Position numbers and translations under genes: made by a program
NCBI GenBank assembly: GCA_035764045.1
Contig: DASTZX010000118.1
Location: forward strand, 146 to 64,145
DNA: 64,000 nt
Source of the DNA: Xanthobacteraceae bacterium
Lineage (GTDB): Bacteria; Pseudomonadota; Alphaproteobacteria; Rhizobiales; Xanthobacteraceae
Reading direction: 5' to 3'
Shown: positions 51,229-62,557 of the stretch, piece after piece
How the letters are laid out: the number at the start of each line of letters is the position of its first letter
Numbering within the stretch: position 1 is the first letter of the stretch
Notes under the pieces: generated by a model
What the model was told of the DNA's origin: nothing
The model's database searches: none
What the model saw: the letters and a program-made list of their open reading frames with translations, nothing else

Positions 51229-51544
51229 CGCGCGACGCTACCCGCTGTCGTTGGTGCCGACGCGGCGGCTCGATCGGGATGAATCCAGTGGCGCGGTCTT
51301 CGTCATAGGCCGGAAGGTGAATGCCACCGGTGGGCCCGGCTCGCCGGCTTTCTTCCCAACGCTCCAGCAGCCAGTCCGAGCCGACGAGAATCGCCCGCGC
51401 GGCTTCGATCTGCAGCGTCGCAGCCTCGATGTCGCGCCGGCAATGATCGATGATCTGCCGCGCGATCGCCTCGACGGAATAGGCCTGTTCGGTCACCGCA
51501 AACCCCCACGCCGCTCTTCCAGCTACGCCGGCAATCGTCTGCAC
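51173..51544 (-). CDS. Orphan small protein, tandem copy 1 (GTG start inferred by homology)
   Basis: VQTIAGVAGRAAWGFAVTEQAYSVEAIARQIIDHCRRDIEAATLQIEAARAILVGSDWLLERWEE... is colinear with copy 2 from its first codon. High GC3 in this frame. No convincing SD. Confidence 0.35.
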   Translation of the reverse strand: MQTIAGVAGRAAWGFAVTEQAYSVEAIARQIIDHCRRDIEAATLQIEAARAILVGSDWLLERWEESRRAGPTGGIHLPAYDEDRATGFIPIEPPRRHQRQRVASRVRPVASSGRRSHRRSASG

Positions 51545-51722
51545 GCGGGTGGTCAACACAAGTGGGGGGATTTCGGTTCCGTAGAGAACGTCCCGTTCCT
51601 TCGAAACGCCATCACGGTCGCCTGCCAGTGCACGAAGTGGGTCATGTGCTTGAGCGGCATTGCGGAGGCGTCGCTGCCGGCGACCCAAAACAGCGGCGAT
51701 CCTGACAGTGTGTATGGCTACT

Positions 51723-52043
51723 CTAGTGTGCGCGCCGTCGGTGGCGCAGTCTCTTCGGCGCGTCGTCGATCTCGATGAATCCGCTGGCGCGGGCCTCGTC
51801 ATAGGCGCGGAGATGGATCCCGCCAGTGATCGCGTCGGCCCGCCGCCGCTCCTCCCAACGCGTCAACAGCCAGCGCGAGCTGACCAGGATCGCGCGCGCG
51901 GCCTCGATCTGGAGCTTGGCAGCCTCGATATCGCGGCGGCAATGATTGATGATCTGCCGCGCGGCGGCCTCGACCGAATAGGGTTGCTCGGACACGGGGG
52001 ACACCCACACGTTACGCCCGGCACGTCGGCGGGAGCGTAGCAT
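51723..52043 (-). CDS. Orphan small protein, tandem copy 2
   Basis: MLRSRRRAGRNVWVSPVSEQPYSVEAAARQIINHCRRDIEAAKLQIEAARAILVSSRWLLTRWEERRR... is about 70-75 percent identical by eye to copy 1. High GC3. No convincing SD. Confidence 0.4.
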   Translation of the reverse strand: MLRSRRRAGRNVWVSPVSEQPYSVEAAARQIINHCRRDIEAAKLQIEAARAILVSSRWLLTRWEERRRADAITGGIHLRAYDEARASGFIEIDDAPKRLRHRRRAH

Positions 52044-52289
52044 GCCGGACTACAGCGCAAATGTCTGATTTCCGGTAATCCCGAAACACCGATTTCGGGT
52101 AACGCTAATGCCCGCTTGCACTGGCAAGGGTGGGCACACCAATGCCGGGGCCCCTCGCGCCAGCGCGTCGAGCATCGGTGGGCACCGCGGTGCGGACATT
52201 CCTCGCGGCGTATCTGGTGCGCTGAGGCAAAGAGAGAGGACGAGGCCGGCTACCAGGGCTCGCCTTCCAATCCGACCAGGCGAATTTGA

Positions 52290-52610
52290 TCAGCGGCCGG
52301 GCCGCAGGGCCGCAACCGTTGCGCCGCATTGCTTGGTGGCGGCAAGCTCGGCCTCGTAGAACGCGGCGTCGGGCTCGAGCAACGGATTCTCGTCGGCGGC
52401 CGCACGGGCGCGCTCGACCGACCGTACGAGTTGGTTCATCACCACCGAATATTGCTCGGCGGATTTCGGGCAGCGCGAAAAGCCGGAAGTGGCGCCAATG
52501 GCGGGGGCGGCGTGGACGCGGGCTGTTTGCGCCGAGGCCGTCGGCAGGGCGGCGACAACCCAAGCACCGGTCACGACCGTCAGGGCGGCGATGATGCGGA
52601 CGCTGGCCAT
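52290..52610 (-). CDS. Small secreted protein, two Cys (function unknown)
   Basis: ATG at 52610. Signal peptide MASVRIIAALTVVTGAWVVAALPTASA|QT. GGAAGGGG lies upstream. Confidence 0.45.
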   Translation of the reverse strand: MASVRIIAALTVVTGAWVVAALPTASAQTARVHAAPAIGATSGFSRCPKSAEQYSVVMNQLVRSVERARAAADENPLLEPDAAFYEAELAATKQCGATVAALRPGR

Positions 52611-52779
52611 GGAAATCCCCTTCCCGGTGCGGAGCACTCCGGCTCCATGCATGAGACGCGCGGGGGTGGCCCAAGGTTCAATTAAGGTTAACGAAGCAGT
52701 TCACGATTTCGCGAACGCCAAGGCGGCGGGACCGCCGCCGGCCCCGCCAACTTGGCAAAAAGCCTTTTCGGATCGCCCG

Positions 52780-53727
52780 TTATCGGGCTTGTTGGATCGC
52801 CGAGAGGACCCAGCCGCCACCGGCTGCACGCATGAAGGTCCACACCTCGGTGATCTCCTGCGGGCTGTCGCTGCCATCGACCAGCCGCCCGCTGGCGCGC
52901 TCCACGGTCCGGTCGACCAGCGCGAAGCGCATGGCGACGCTGGCATACTCGGTGCCGCCCTCGCGCCAGGCTTCAGCAAGATCGCCCTGCAACAGCTTGA
53001 CACCCGAGATCCGGTTGACCACGCCGCGGCTCGAATTCTCGGAGAGTTGCTCCGAGAAGTAGGAGAGCATCTCGGGCGTCACGCGCGCGCGCAATGCCGC
53101 GATGTCCTCTTCGCTATAGGCGGCCTGGATTTCGCCCAGCAGCCGCTCGAACGCATCGTAGTCGCCCTGCCCGATCTCCACCCGGCCGGCTGCCATCCCG
53201 CTGCCCGCGCCAAAGCCCATTCCGCCGATGCCGCCCATGCCGCCGGCGTTGCGCAGGATCGGGCCGTTGCCCGCGAACGCGGGCTGCCGCCGTTGCCACA
53301 TGGTCCACAAGAGACGCCCGATGAAGACCACCAGAGCGATCTGCAGCAGCAGGCCGAAGAACGACGCAAAGCCGCCGAGCCCGCCGAACAGGCCATGTCC
53401 GAACAGAAGCCCGAACAGGCCCGCACCGAGGAAACCGGCCGCAAGACCGCCGAAGAGCCCACCGCCGAAAAAGCCCGGACGGTTGAAGAACCCGCCCGGC
53501 GCACTGCCGAACGTGCCCGGCGAATTGGGCTGCGTGACGCTGCGCTGCATCGGGCTGGCCGTAGTGGGCGCCGTGCGCGTGACCGGCGGCGACGCGAAAG
53601 TCCGCGCGCCGCGGCTGCCGAAGCTCATCCCGCTTCCGGCGCGCGCATCGGCCTCTGTCACGAGCATGCCGAGGGCAAGCGCGACGGCAACCACCGCCGC
53701 GAGCTTGCGAAAACCGAAACCTGTCAT
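52780..53727 (-). CDS. Tim44-like domain membrane protein
   Basis: The ATG at 53727 is preceded by GGGAGG. Signal/TM segment, a Gly/Phe-rich segment, a TM segment, then the C-terminal domain ...FERLLGEIQAAYSEEDIAALRARVTPEMLSYFSEQL...EVWTFMR...GGWVLSAIQQ, typical of bacterial Tim44-like proteins. Confidence 0.8.
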   Translation of the reverse strand: MTGFGFRKLAAVVAVALALGMLVTEADARAGSGMSFGSRGARTFASPPVTRTAPTTASPMQRSVTQPNSPGTFGSAPGGFFNRPGFFGGGLFGGLAAGFLGAGLFGLLFGHGLFGGLGGFASFFGLLLQIALVVFIGRLLWTMWQRRQPAFAGNGPILRNAGGMGGIGGMGFGAGSGMAAGRVEIGQGDYDAFERLLGEIQAAYSEEDIAALRARVTPEMLSYFSEQLSENSSRGVVNRISGVKLLQGDLAEAWREGGTEYASVAMRFALVDRTVERASGRLVDGSDSPQEITEVWTFMRAAGGGWVLSAIQQAR

Positions 53728-53863
53728 GAAAAACCTCCCGGCCGTCGAATCCGACGGTGCCATCATACGCGGCGTGATATCGTGACGCCCTGCGGCTTTT
53801 TGAAGGGGGCGCGACGTTTGCGCCAAACCATTGCGCAGCCGGCGATTTCGGGCAAAGCGGGGC

Positions 53864-55291
53864 TCAGTCCTCGCCCGGCACGGCGTTGGGCAGCCTGCGG
53901 CCGCCCTCCTCTTCATCGTAAGCGCTTGCCCATGCGCGGCGCCGGACCGCACCATGGCGCTCGGGGATCGAGCCGGTGATGGCGGGATCGGCGCGACTGC
54001 CGTAGCGCGCGCGCACGCGCGCCGCGACCACGTCGCCGCCGACCGGGTTGGGTTCGCAGATGCGCCGCCCGCTCGCGCGCCGCATCAGATCCACATGGAT
54101 ATGGTTGTAGTGGTAGACGTTCGAGCCGGGCGCGAGCACGGTCGTGAACACCTCGCAGGCCGCGGCTTGCACGTCCCGCAAAAATCCCTGCTCTTCGGGC
54201 ATGCCGCGCCAGCCATGCTCGACCGTGACGGTCCGGCCGTCCGCGAGGGTGAACGCCGCGATATCCAGCGCATTGCCGAAGGCGTGCTCGGAAATATGCG
54301 CATTCGGATTGCCGTTCATACCGCGGCACGAATAGGCGGAGATCTGCTTGATCGCGGTGACCGGCTGACCGAACCATTTCTGCGCCGCCGGCTGCACGGC
54401 TTCGCTGATCCAGCGATCGAGGGTCGAGACGATCGGACAGGCGAGCGTCGCGGGCGGCGACAACGAGGCGGTGGTCGCCATCGAGACCGGACCGGCGGGC
54501 GACAGCGGCACGACCTCGCCGCTGCCCGGGTATCGCGGCGGAAACGGCAGGCGTGGCGCCGGGCGATAAGGCGGCGTTGGCGCCTGCATGTCGCCTGCCG
54601 CATCGCCCCGCGGCCGTTCGACGCCCGGCGGCGTGAGTGAAATCGGACCATTGACGCCGGGGGCACGCGAATAGGGAGCGGACTCATACCGAGGCGATGG
54701 CGGATACCGGTTTGCGCCCGGATAAGGCGGCGGCGGCTCGTAATCCGACGGCGCCGGGGGACGATAATTCGTCCTCGGGGGCAGACGCGTATCGGCCGGA
54801 TAGTCCGGGTTGGTCGCGAACGGGGCGTTCGCGGGGTATTGCTGCGACGGATAGGACGGCGCCGCGCGATAATCCGGCCGTGGCGGCAGCCGCGTGTCTG
54901 CCGGATAGTTCGGATTGACCGCAAATGGCGCGTGCGGCGGATATTGCGGCGCAGACCGATAGGTCGGCGGCCGCCGATCGATCGGCTGGCGCGGATAGCC
55001 CGATTGGGGCACGTCTCCGGGCGGGCGCACGGCCTCGTCCGCATAGCCGAGCGGCGCGTCTTCGCCGAGCGCGGCGACCTTCAATGGAAAATCGGCGCCG
55101 CACACGCCTGGCCCGGAGATCGGCCCAAGCAGCGCGACGGTCGCACCTTCCTTCACGGCGCCCGACTTGAGGCATGCCATCTCGGCGTCGTGCCGCCACG
55201 GCTCGCGTTCCTCGAACCAGGTGGGCTTGCAGCCGGTCAGCGCGACGAGAGCGAGGGAGCCGACGAGATACCAACGAACTCCACGCGTCAT
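53864..55291 (-). CDS. Extensin-like C-terminal domain lipoprotein with Pro/Tyr-rich tandem repeats
   Basis: MTRGVRWYLVGSLALVALTGC (lipobox), a proline-rich middle with a duplicated 35-aa unit, and the C-terminus ...ISAYSCRGMNGNPNAHISEHAFGNALDIAAFTLADG...YHYNHIHVDL, which is Extensin-like_C / peptidase-like. Confidence 0.8.
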   Translation of the reverse strand: MTRGVRWYLVGSLALVALTGCKPTWFEEREPWRHDAEMACLKSGAVKEGATVALLGPISGPGVCGADFPLKVAALGEDAPLGYADEAVRPPGDVPQSGYPRQPIDRRPPTYRSAPQYPPHAPFAVNPNYPADTRLPPRPDYRAAPSYPSQQYPANAPFATNPDYPADTRLPPRTNYRPPAPSDYEPPPPYPGANRYPPSPRYESAPYSRAPGVNGPISLTPPGVERPRGDAAGDMQAPTPPYRPAPRLPFPPRYPGSGEVVPLSPAGPVSMATTASLSPPATLACPIVSTLDRWISEAVQPAAQKWFGQPVTAIKQISAYSCRGMNGNPNAHISEHAFGNALDIAAFTLADGRTVTVEHGWRGMPEEQGFLRDVQAAACEVFTTVLAPGSNVYHYNHIHVDLMRRASGRRICEPNPVGGDVVAARVRARYGSRADPAITGSIPERHGAVRRRAWASAYDEEEGGRRLPNAVPGED

Positions 55292-55515
55292 GCGCGGACA
55301 ATGCGATCAAGTCTGTTAACGGGGCTTTAGCACTGAACTCGCTTCGGCCGCGCGCCACACCGCATGGTTAAAGCCGGCATGGCGCTTGATCCGCCGAGAC
55401 GTTTGCGGTCACGTCCCGCTCGCGCGGGTGGGCAGCTCATCAAGCCAGGGAGTGCCTTCGTGCGCGTGCGGGGCCGGTGAGCTCGAGCCGACATTGAGCG
55501 TCGAATCCCTCAAAG

Positions 55516-55552
55516 AAAGAGCACCGAAGGACGGAGTCCTCCGGTGCTCTTT
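55516..55552 (-). terminator. Intrinsic terminator (long perfect hairpin)
   Basis: AAAGAGCACCG / CGGTGCTCTTT (11 bp) plus an inner AGGAC/GTCCT stem. On the minus strand it runs into CTCTTTCTTTG. It lies 70 nt downstream of the 27-codon ORF. Confidence 0.5.
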
Positions 55553-55622
55553 ACAGTGACATGGGCCGTCGACTCGATCCCGGCCCGTCTGTGTTCAAGG
55601 CTTTTTCGTAGGACTCCCGAAC

Positions 55623-55706
55623 TCAGAACGCGCCCAACAGCACCGCGCCGACGAACACGAACGCCGCGCACACCGCCAGGACATCCAGTCTCAAGGCAAG
55701 CACCAC
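55623..55706 (-). CDS. Unannotated 27-codon hydrophobic small ORF (candidate small membrane protein)
   Basis: Own translation: GGGAGG (55713-55718), a 6-nt spacer, then GTG GTG CTT GCC ... TTC TGA gives (M)VLALRLDVLAVCAAFVFVGAVLLGAF. It is too short and GTG-initiated for a 60-aa ORF cutoff. A terminator lies downstream. Confidence 0.35.
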   Translation of the reverse strand: MVLALRLDVLAVCAAFVFVGAVLLGAF

Positions 55707-56026
55707 GAGCAGCCTCCCTTGTCTTTTGCGGATTAGCCAATTTTAACCAAAGGCGGCGGCATCGAAACAAGAAACGATGCTGCACTGCCGTGTGAAACGC
55801 TTCGCAGGCCAATAAGTTCGCCCCCTAACTGATGGACTTGATTGGAGAAAGCTCGCTTGTCCCCAGCAATCGCGATACTCCGCCGCATTCCATGCGAGGC
55901 CGCATGGAACGAAATCGCCAGCGTATTATGACACCGCTCGGTTTCTAACCCACGGGTACGCCGAAGCAATCGCGATTGTGTCAGCTTTGAGAACCGCCAA
56001 AATCCACCGCGACGAGCAGGCCCGCC

Positions 56027-59764
<3,738 letters not shown>

Positions 59765-59803
59765 GCCGCAGACATTTCTTTCGCGTTCGTCTCAACCAGC
59801 GAC

Positions 59804-59887
59804 GTCATCACCCGCGCAAGCGGTTGATCCAGTATCCACCGAACGACGTTCGTGGTTACTGGATGCTCCGCTTGCGCGGAGCATGAC
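59804..59887. repeat. 84-nt near-perfect inverted repeat with local hairpins in the metF-metH spacer
   Basis: The left arm GTCATCACCCGCGCAAGCGGTTGATCCAGTATCCACCGAACG mirrors the right arm CGTTCGTGGTTACTGGATGCTCCGCTTGCGCGGAGCATGAC. Each arm also folds locally (CACCCGC-gcaa-GCGGTTG and GCTCCGC-ttgc-GCGGAGC), and the arm differences are compensatory. Confidence 0.5.
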
Positions 59888-59920
59888 GAGGCAAATGGAA
59901 GGGCTAAGGTCCGACGCATA

Positions 59921-59985
59921 CAGCCTCACCCGCCCGCGCTGCGCGCGGGCACCCTCTCCCCTCCGGGGAGAGGGGAAGAAGTCGC
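59921..59985. repeat. REP-like unit overlapping the 3' end of metF
   Basis: CCCGCGC-tgc-GCGCGGG and CCCTCTCCCC-tcc-GGGGAGAGGGG hairpins. Colinear with 47181-47240. Confidence 0.55.
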
Positions 59986-60888
59986 CAGCTTGGCCAGCGG
60001 CCGCAAGCCCAGCAAATGGCAGATCGCGTACACCAGATCGGCGCGGTTCATCGTGTAGAAATGGAAATCGGTGACGCCGCGATCGACCAGGTCCAGCACC
60101 TGCTCCGCGGCGACAGCGGCCGCGATCAGCTTGCGGGTGGCGGCATCGTCCTCGAGGCCCGCAAAGCGCTCCGCGAGCCAGTCCGGCACCGAGGCGCCGC
60201 ACCGCTGAGCGAAAGCGCAGGTCTGCTTGAAATTCTGCACCGGCAGAATGCCGGGGACCACGGGAATCGAAATGCCGCGCGCCCGCACCCGGTCGAGGTA
60301 GCGAAAGTAGAGATCGTTGTCGAAGAAGAATTGCGTGATGGCACGGGTCGCGCCGGCGTCGACCTTCGCCTCCAGCATGTCGATGTCGGCATCGACGGTC
60401 GGACTGTCGGGATGCTTCTCCGGATATGCCGACACCGATATTTCCGCCCCGCATTGCCGCTTGATGCCGGCCACCAGATCCGCCGCGTTGACGTAACCGC
60501 CCGGATGCGGCGCGTAGTGCTCGCCGACGCCGCCGATCGGATCGCCCCGCAGCGCCACGATGTGGCGCACGCCAGCCGCCATGTAGCTCGCGATCACGTC
60601 GTCGATTTCGCCGCGGGCCGCGGCGACGCAGGTCAGATGCGCGGCCGGCACCAGCGTCGTCTCACCGAGAATGCGCTTGACGGTCGCGTGCGTGCGCTCG
60701 CGGGTCGAACCGCCCGCACCGTAGGTGACGGAGACGAATGCGGGGCAGAGCGGCGCGAGCCGCTCGATCGACTCCCACAGCGTCTTGTCCATCTCCGCGG
60801 TCTTCGGCGGAAAGAACTCGAACGACACGTGGATGCCACGTCCGCCGTCGGCGAAACGGCTTCTCCGCGCCGTAAGAATGCCATCCAT
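59926..60888 (-). CDS. metF: 5,10-methylenetetrahydrofolate reductase
   Basis: ATG at 60888 gives MDGILTARRSRFADGGRGIHVSFEFFPPKT...VSVTYGAGGSTRERT...FHFYTMNRADLVYAICHLLGL... The last roughly 19 codons are encoded by the REP-like unit. The start overlaps the upstream gene's stop (TGATG). Confidence 0.92.
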   Translation of the reverse strand: MDGILTARRSRFADGGRGIHVSFEFFPPKTAEMDKTLWESIERLAPLCPAFVSVTYGAGGSTRERTHATVKRILGETTLVPAAHLTCVAAARGEIDDVIASYMAAGVRHIVALRGDPIGGVGEHYAPHPGGYVNAADLVAGIKRQCGAEISVSAYPEKHPDSPTVDADIDMLEAKVDAGATRAITQFFFDNDLYFRYLDRVRARGISIPVVPGILPVQNFKQTCAFAQRCGASVPDWLAERFAGLEDDAATRKLIAAAVAAEQVLDLVDRGVTDFHFYTMNRADLVYAICHLLGLRPLAKLATSSPLPGGERVPARSAGG

Positions 60889-61883
60889 CACGCGACCTCC
60901 CGAGCGCCGCCCGCCATCAGGACGCGCGGATCGCGCGCGACCCAGAGCGAGACTGCGATCTTGCCGTCCTTGCCGGGAGCGAGCGTGCGGTGGCCGACCG
61001 CCTCGAGGCCCGCCTGCTCCATCCATTGGGTCACGGTCTCGGCCGCGAAGCCGAGGCGCAGATGCGCATGTTCCTCGCGCAGGAACTCGAGATCGTGCGG
61101 CGCGAAGTCGATCACCAGGAGCCGCCCCTGCGGCCGCAGCACGCGCGCCGCCTCGCGGATCGCGCGGGCGCCGTCGTCGAGATAGTGCAGCACCTGGTGG
61201 ATGATCACGACATCGAAGGAATCGCGCGGCAGCGGCAGATCATAGATGTCGCCCTGGCGCACGCTGCAATGCTTCAATCCGGCGCGGTCGAGCCGCTCGC
61301 GTGCGAGCGCCAGCATGTCGAGCGAAAGGTCGATCCCGAGGCCGCGCTCGAGGTCGGGTCCCAGCAATTCCAGCATGCGGCCGGTGCCGGTGCCGAGGTC
61401 GAGCAGCGATCGGAACGGCTTGTCGGCGAGCGCGGCGCGGATCTCGGCCTCGACCGCCTCGTCGCTGACGTGCAGCGCGCGGATGCGGTCCCACTCGGCG
61501 GCGTGGATCTTGAAATAGGCCTGCGCGGCGGCAGCGCGCGCGGCGCGCACCTCGCCGAGCCGCTCACGGTCGCGCGCAATCACCGGATCGCTGGCGTCGA
61601 GTCGCGCGATCAGGCTCCTCACGGCGAGCGCCGCCGGGCCGTGCTCGGCGAGGCGGAAGAAGGCCCAGGCGCCCTCGCGGAAGCGCGCGACCAGCCCAGC
61701 CTCGGCCAACAGCCTGAGATGGCGCGAGATGCGAGGCTGCGACTGGCGCAGGATCTCGGTCAGGTCCGAGACCGTCAGCTCGGCCTCGCCGAGCAGCGTC
61801 AGGATGCGCAGCCGGGTCTCCTCTCCGGCCGCCTTGAGAGCGGCGTTGAGGTCCGCAAAACCGACCTGGTCGGGCGCAAGCAT
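60888..61883 (-). CDS. ArsR-family HTH fused to a SAM-methyltransferase-fold domain (SahR-like methionine-cycle regulator)
   Basis: ATG at 61883. N-terminal ETRLRILTLLGEAELTVSDLTEILRQSQPRISRHLRLLAEAGLV (ArsR wHTH), then LLDLGTGTGRML... (MTase motif I). Located immediately upstream of metF-metH. Confidence 0.85.
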   Translation of the reverse strand: MLAPDQVGFADLNAALKAAGEETRLRILTLLGEAELTVSDLTEILRQSQPRISRHLRLLAEAGLVARFREGAWAFFRLAEHGPAALAVRSLIARLDASDPVIARDRERLGEVRAARAAAAQAYFKIHAAEWDRIRALHVSDEAVEAEIRAALADKPFRSLLDLGTGTGRMLELLGPDLERGLGIDLSLDMLALARERLDRAGLKHCSVRQGDIYDLPLPRDSFDVVIIHQVLHYLDDGARAIREAARVLRPQGRLLVIDFAPHDLEFLREEHAHLRLGFAAETVTQWMEQAGLEAVGHRTLAPGKDGKIAVSLWVARDPRVLMAGGAREVA

Positions 61884-61930
61884 CAGTGGGGCAACTCCCA
61901 AACACCGCCAACCTAGCGGTGAAACGTCAC

Positions 61931-61946
61931 ATAAAGATATGTTTAT
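61931..61946. promoter_or_regulatory. AT-rich imperfect palindrome (candidate operator) in the divergent regulator / trmO promoter region
   Basis: ATAAAGAT|ATGTTTAT (7 of 8 symmetric positions), 48 nt upstream of the regulator ATG. It is conspicuous in an otherwise GC-rich spacer. Confidence 0.35.
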
Positions 61947-62050
61947 ACTGTTAATGGGCTATGCGCAAGGGGGATGCCGCCCATCATCCTGCCGAGCAGT
62001 TGGAAGCGCCTGGACGATTGGCTAAGGCTGCGTCGGCGGGAGACTCCGAC

Positions 62051-62545
62051 ATGGCCGACGACACCTTTGGAATTCGCGATGGCGAGGTCGCGATCGAATT
62101 GCCCCGGTCCTGCGACGCCGGCCTCTATTTCATTGGCCGGATCCGGACCCCGTGGCCGAGGCGCGAGGACTGCCCGAAGAACGCCCGAGAGTCCGATGCC
62201 GTGTGCACCATCGAGGTCGACCCGCGCTACGCCGCCGCTCTGGCCGGGGTCGAGACCTGCTCGCACCTGCTGGTGCTCTACTGGATGCACGAGGCGCGGC
62301 GCGACCTGGTGCTCCAGGCCCCGCGCCACTACGCCGAGCAGCGCGGCACGTTTGCGCTGCGCTCGCCGGTACGGCCGAACCCGATCGCGGCGAGCGTGGT
62401 GCGGCTGGTGAAGCTCGAGGGCGTGCGCCTGAGCGTCATTGGCCTCGACTGCATCGACGGCACGCCGCTCCTCGATCTCAAGCCGTATTTCGCTTCGACC
62501 GACGCGGTGCCCGACGCGGTCGTGGGCTGGCACGCGAAGCGCTGA
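62051..62545 (+). CDS. trmO: tRNA (N6-threonylcarbamoyladenosine37-N6)-methyltransferase TrmO (TsaA/YaeB family)
   Basis: ...FIGRIRTPW...HLLVLYWMH...RGTFALRSPVRPNPIAASVVRLV...GLDCIDGTPLLDLKPY... An alternative ATG start lies at 61961. Confidence 0.85.
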   Translation: MADDTFGIRDGEVAIELPRSCDAGLYFIGRIRTPWPRREDCPKNARESDAVCTIEVDPRYAAALAGVETCSHLLVLYWMHEARRDLVLQAPRHYAEQRGTFALRSPVRPNPIAASVVRLVKLEGVRLSVIGLDCIDGTPLLDLKPYFASTDAVPDAVVGWHAKR

Positions 62546-62557
62546 CGCCGTCGCTCG

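Noticed and set aside
51149-52040. Plus-strand ORFs (209 aa and 126 aa) covering the tandem duplication
   Set aside because: Both strands stay open because of the duplication and the high GC content. The minus-strand frame has the high-GC3 codon pattern and a balanced, helical-looking sequence, while the plus-strand products are Arg/Gly/Asp/Pro-rich.
59765-59925. Possible SAM or cobalamin riboswitch upstream of metH
   Set aside because: No recognisable SAM-II or B12-box features could be identified by eye. The structure present is a simple long palindrome plus a REP unit. A covariance-model scan (Rfam) would be decisive.
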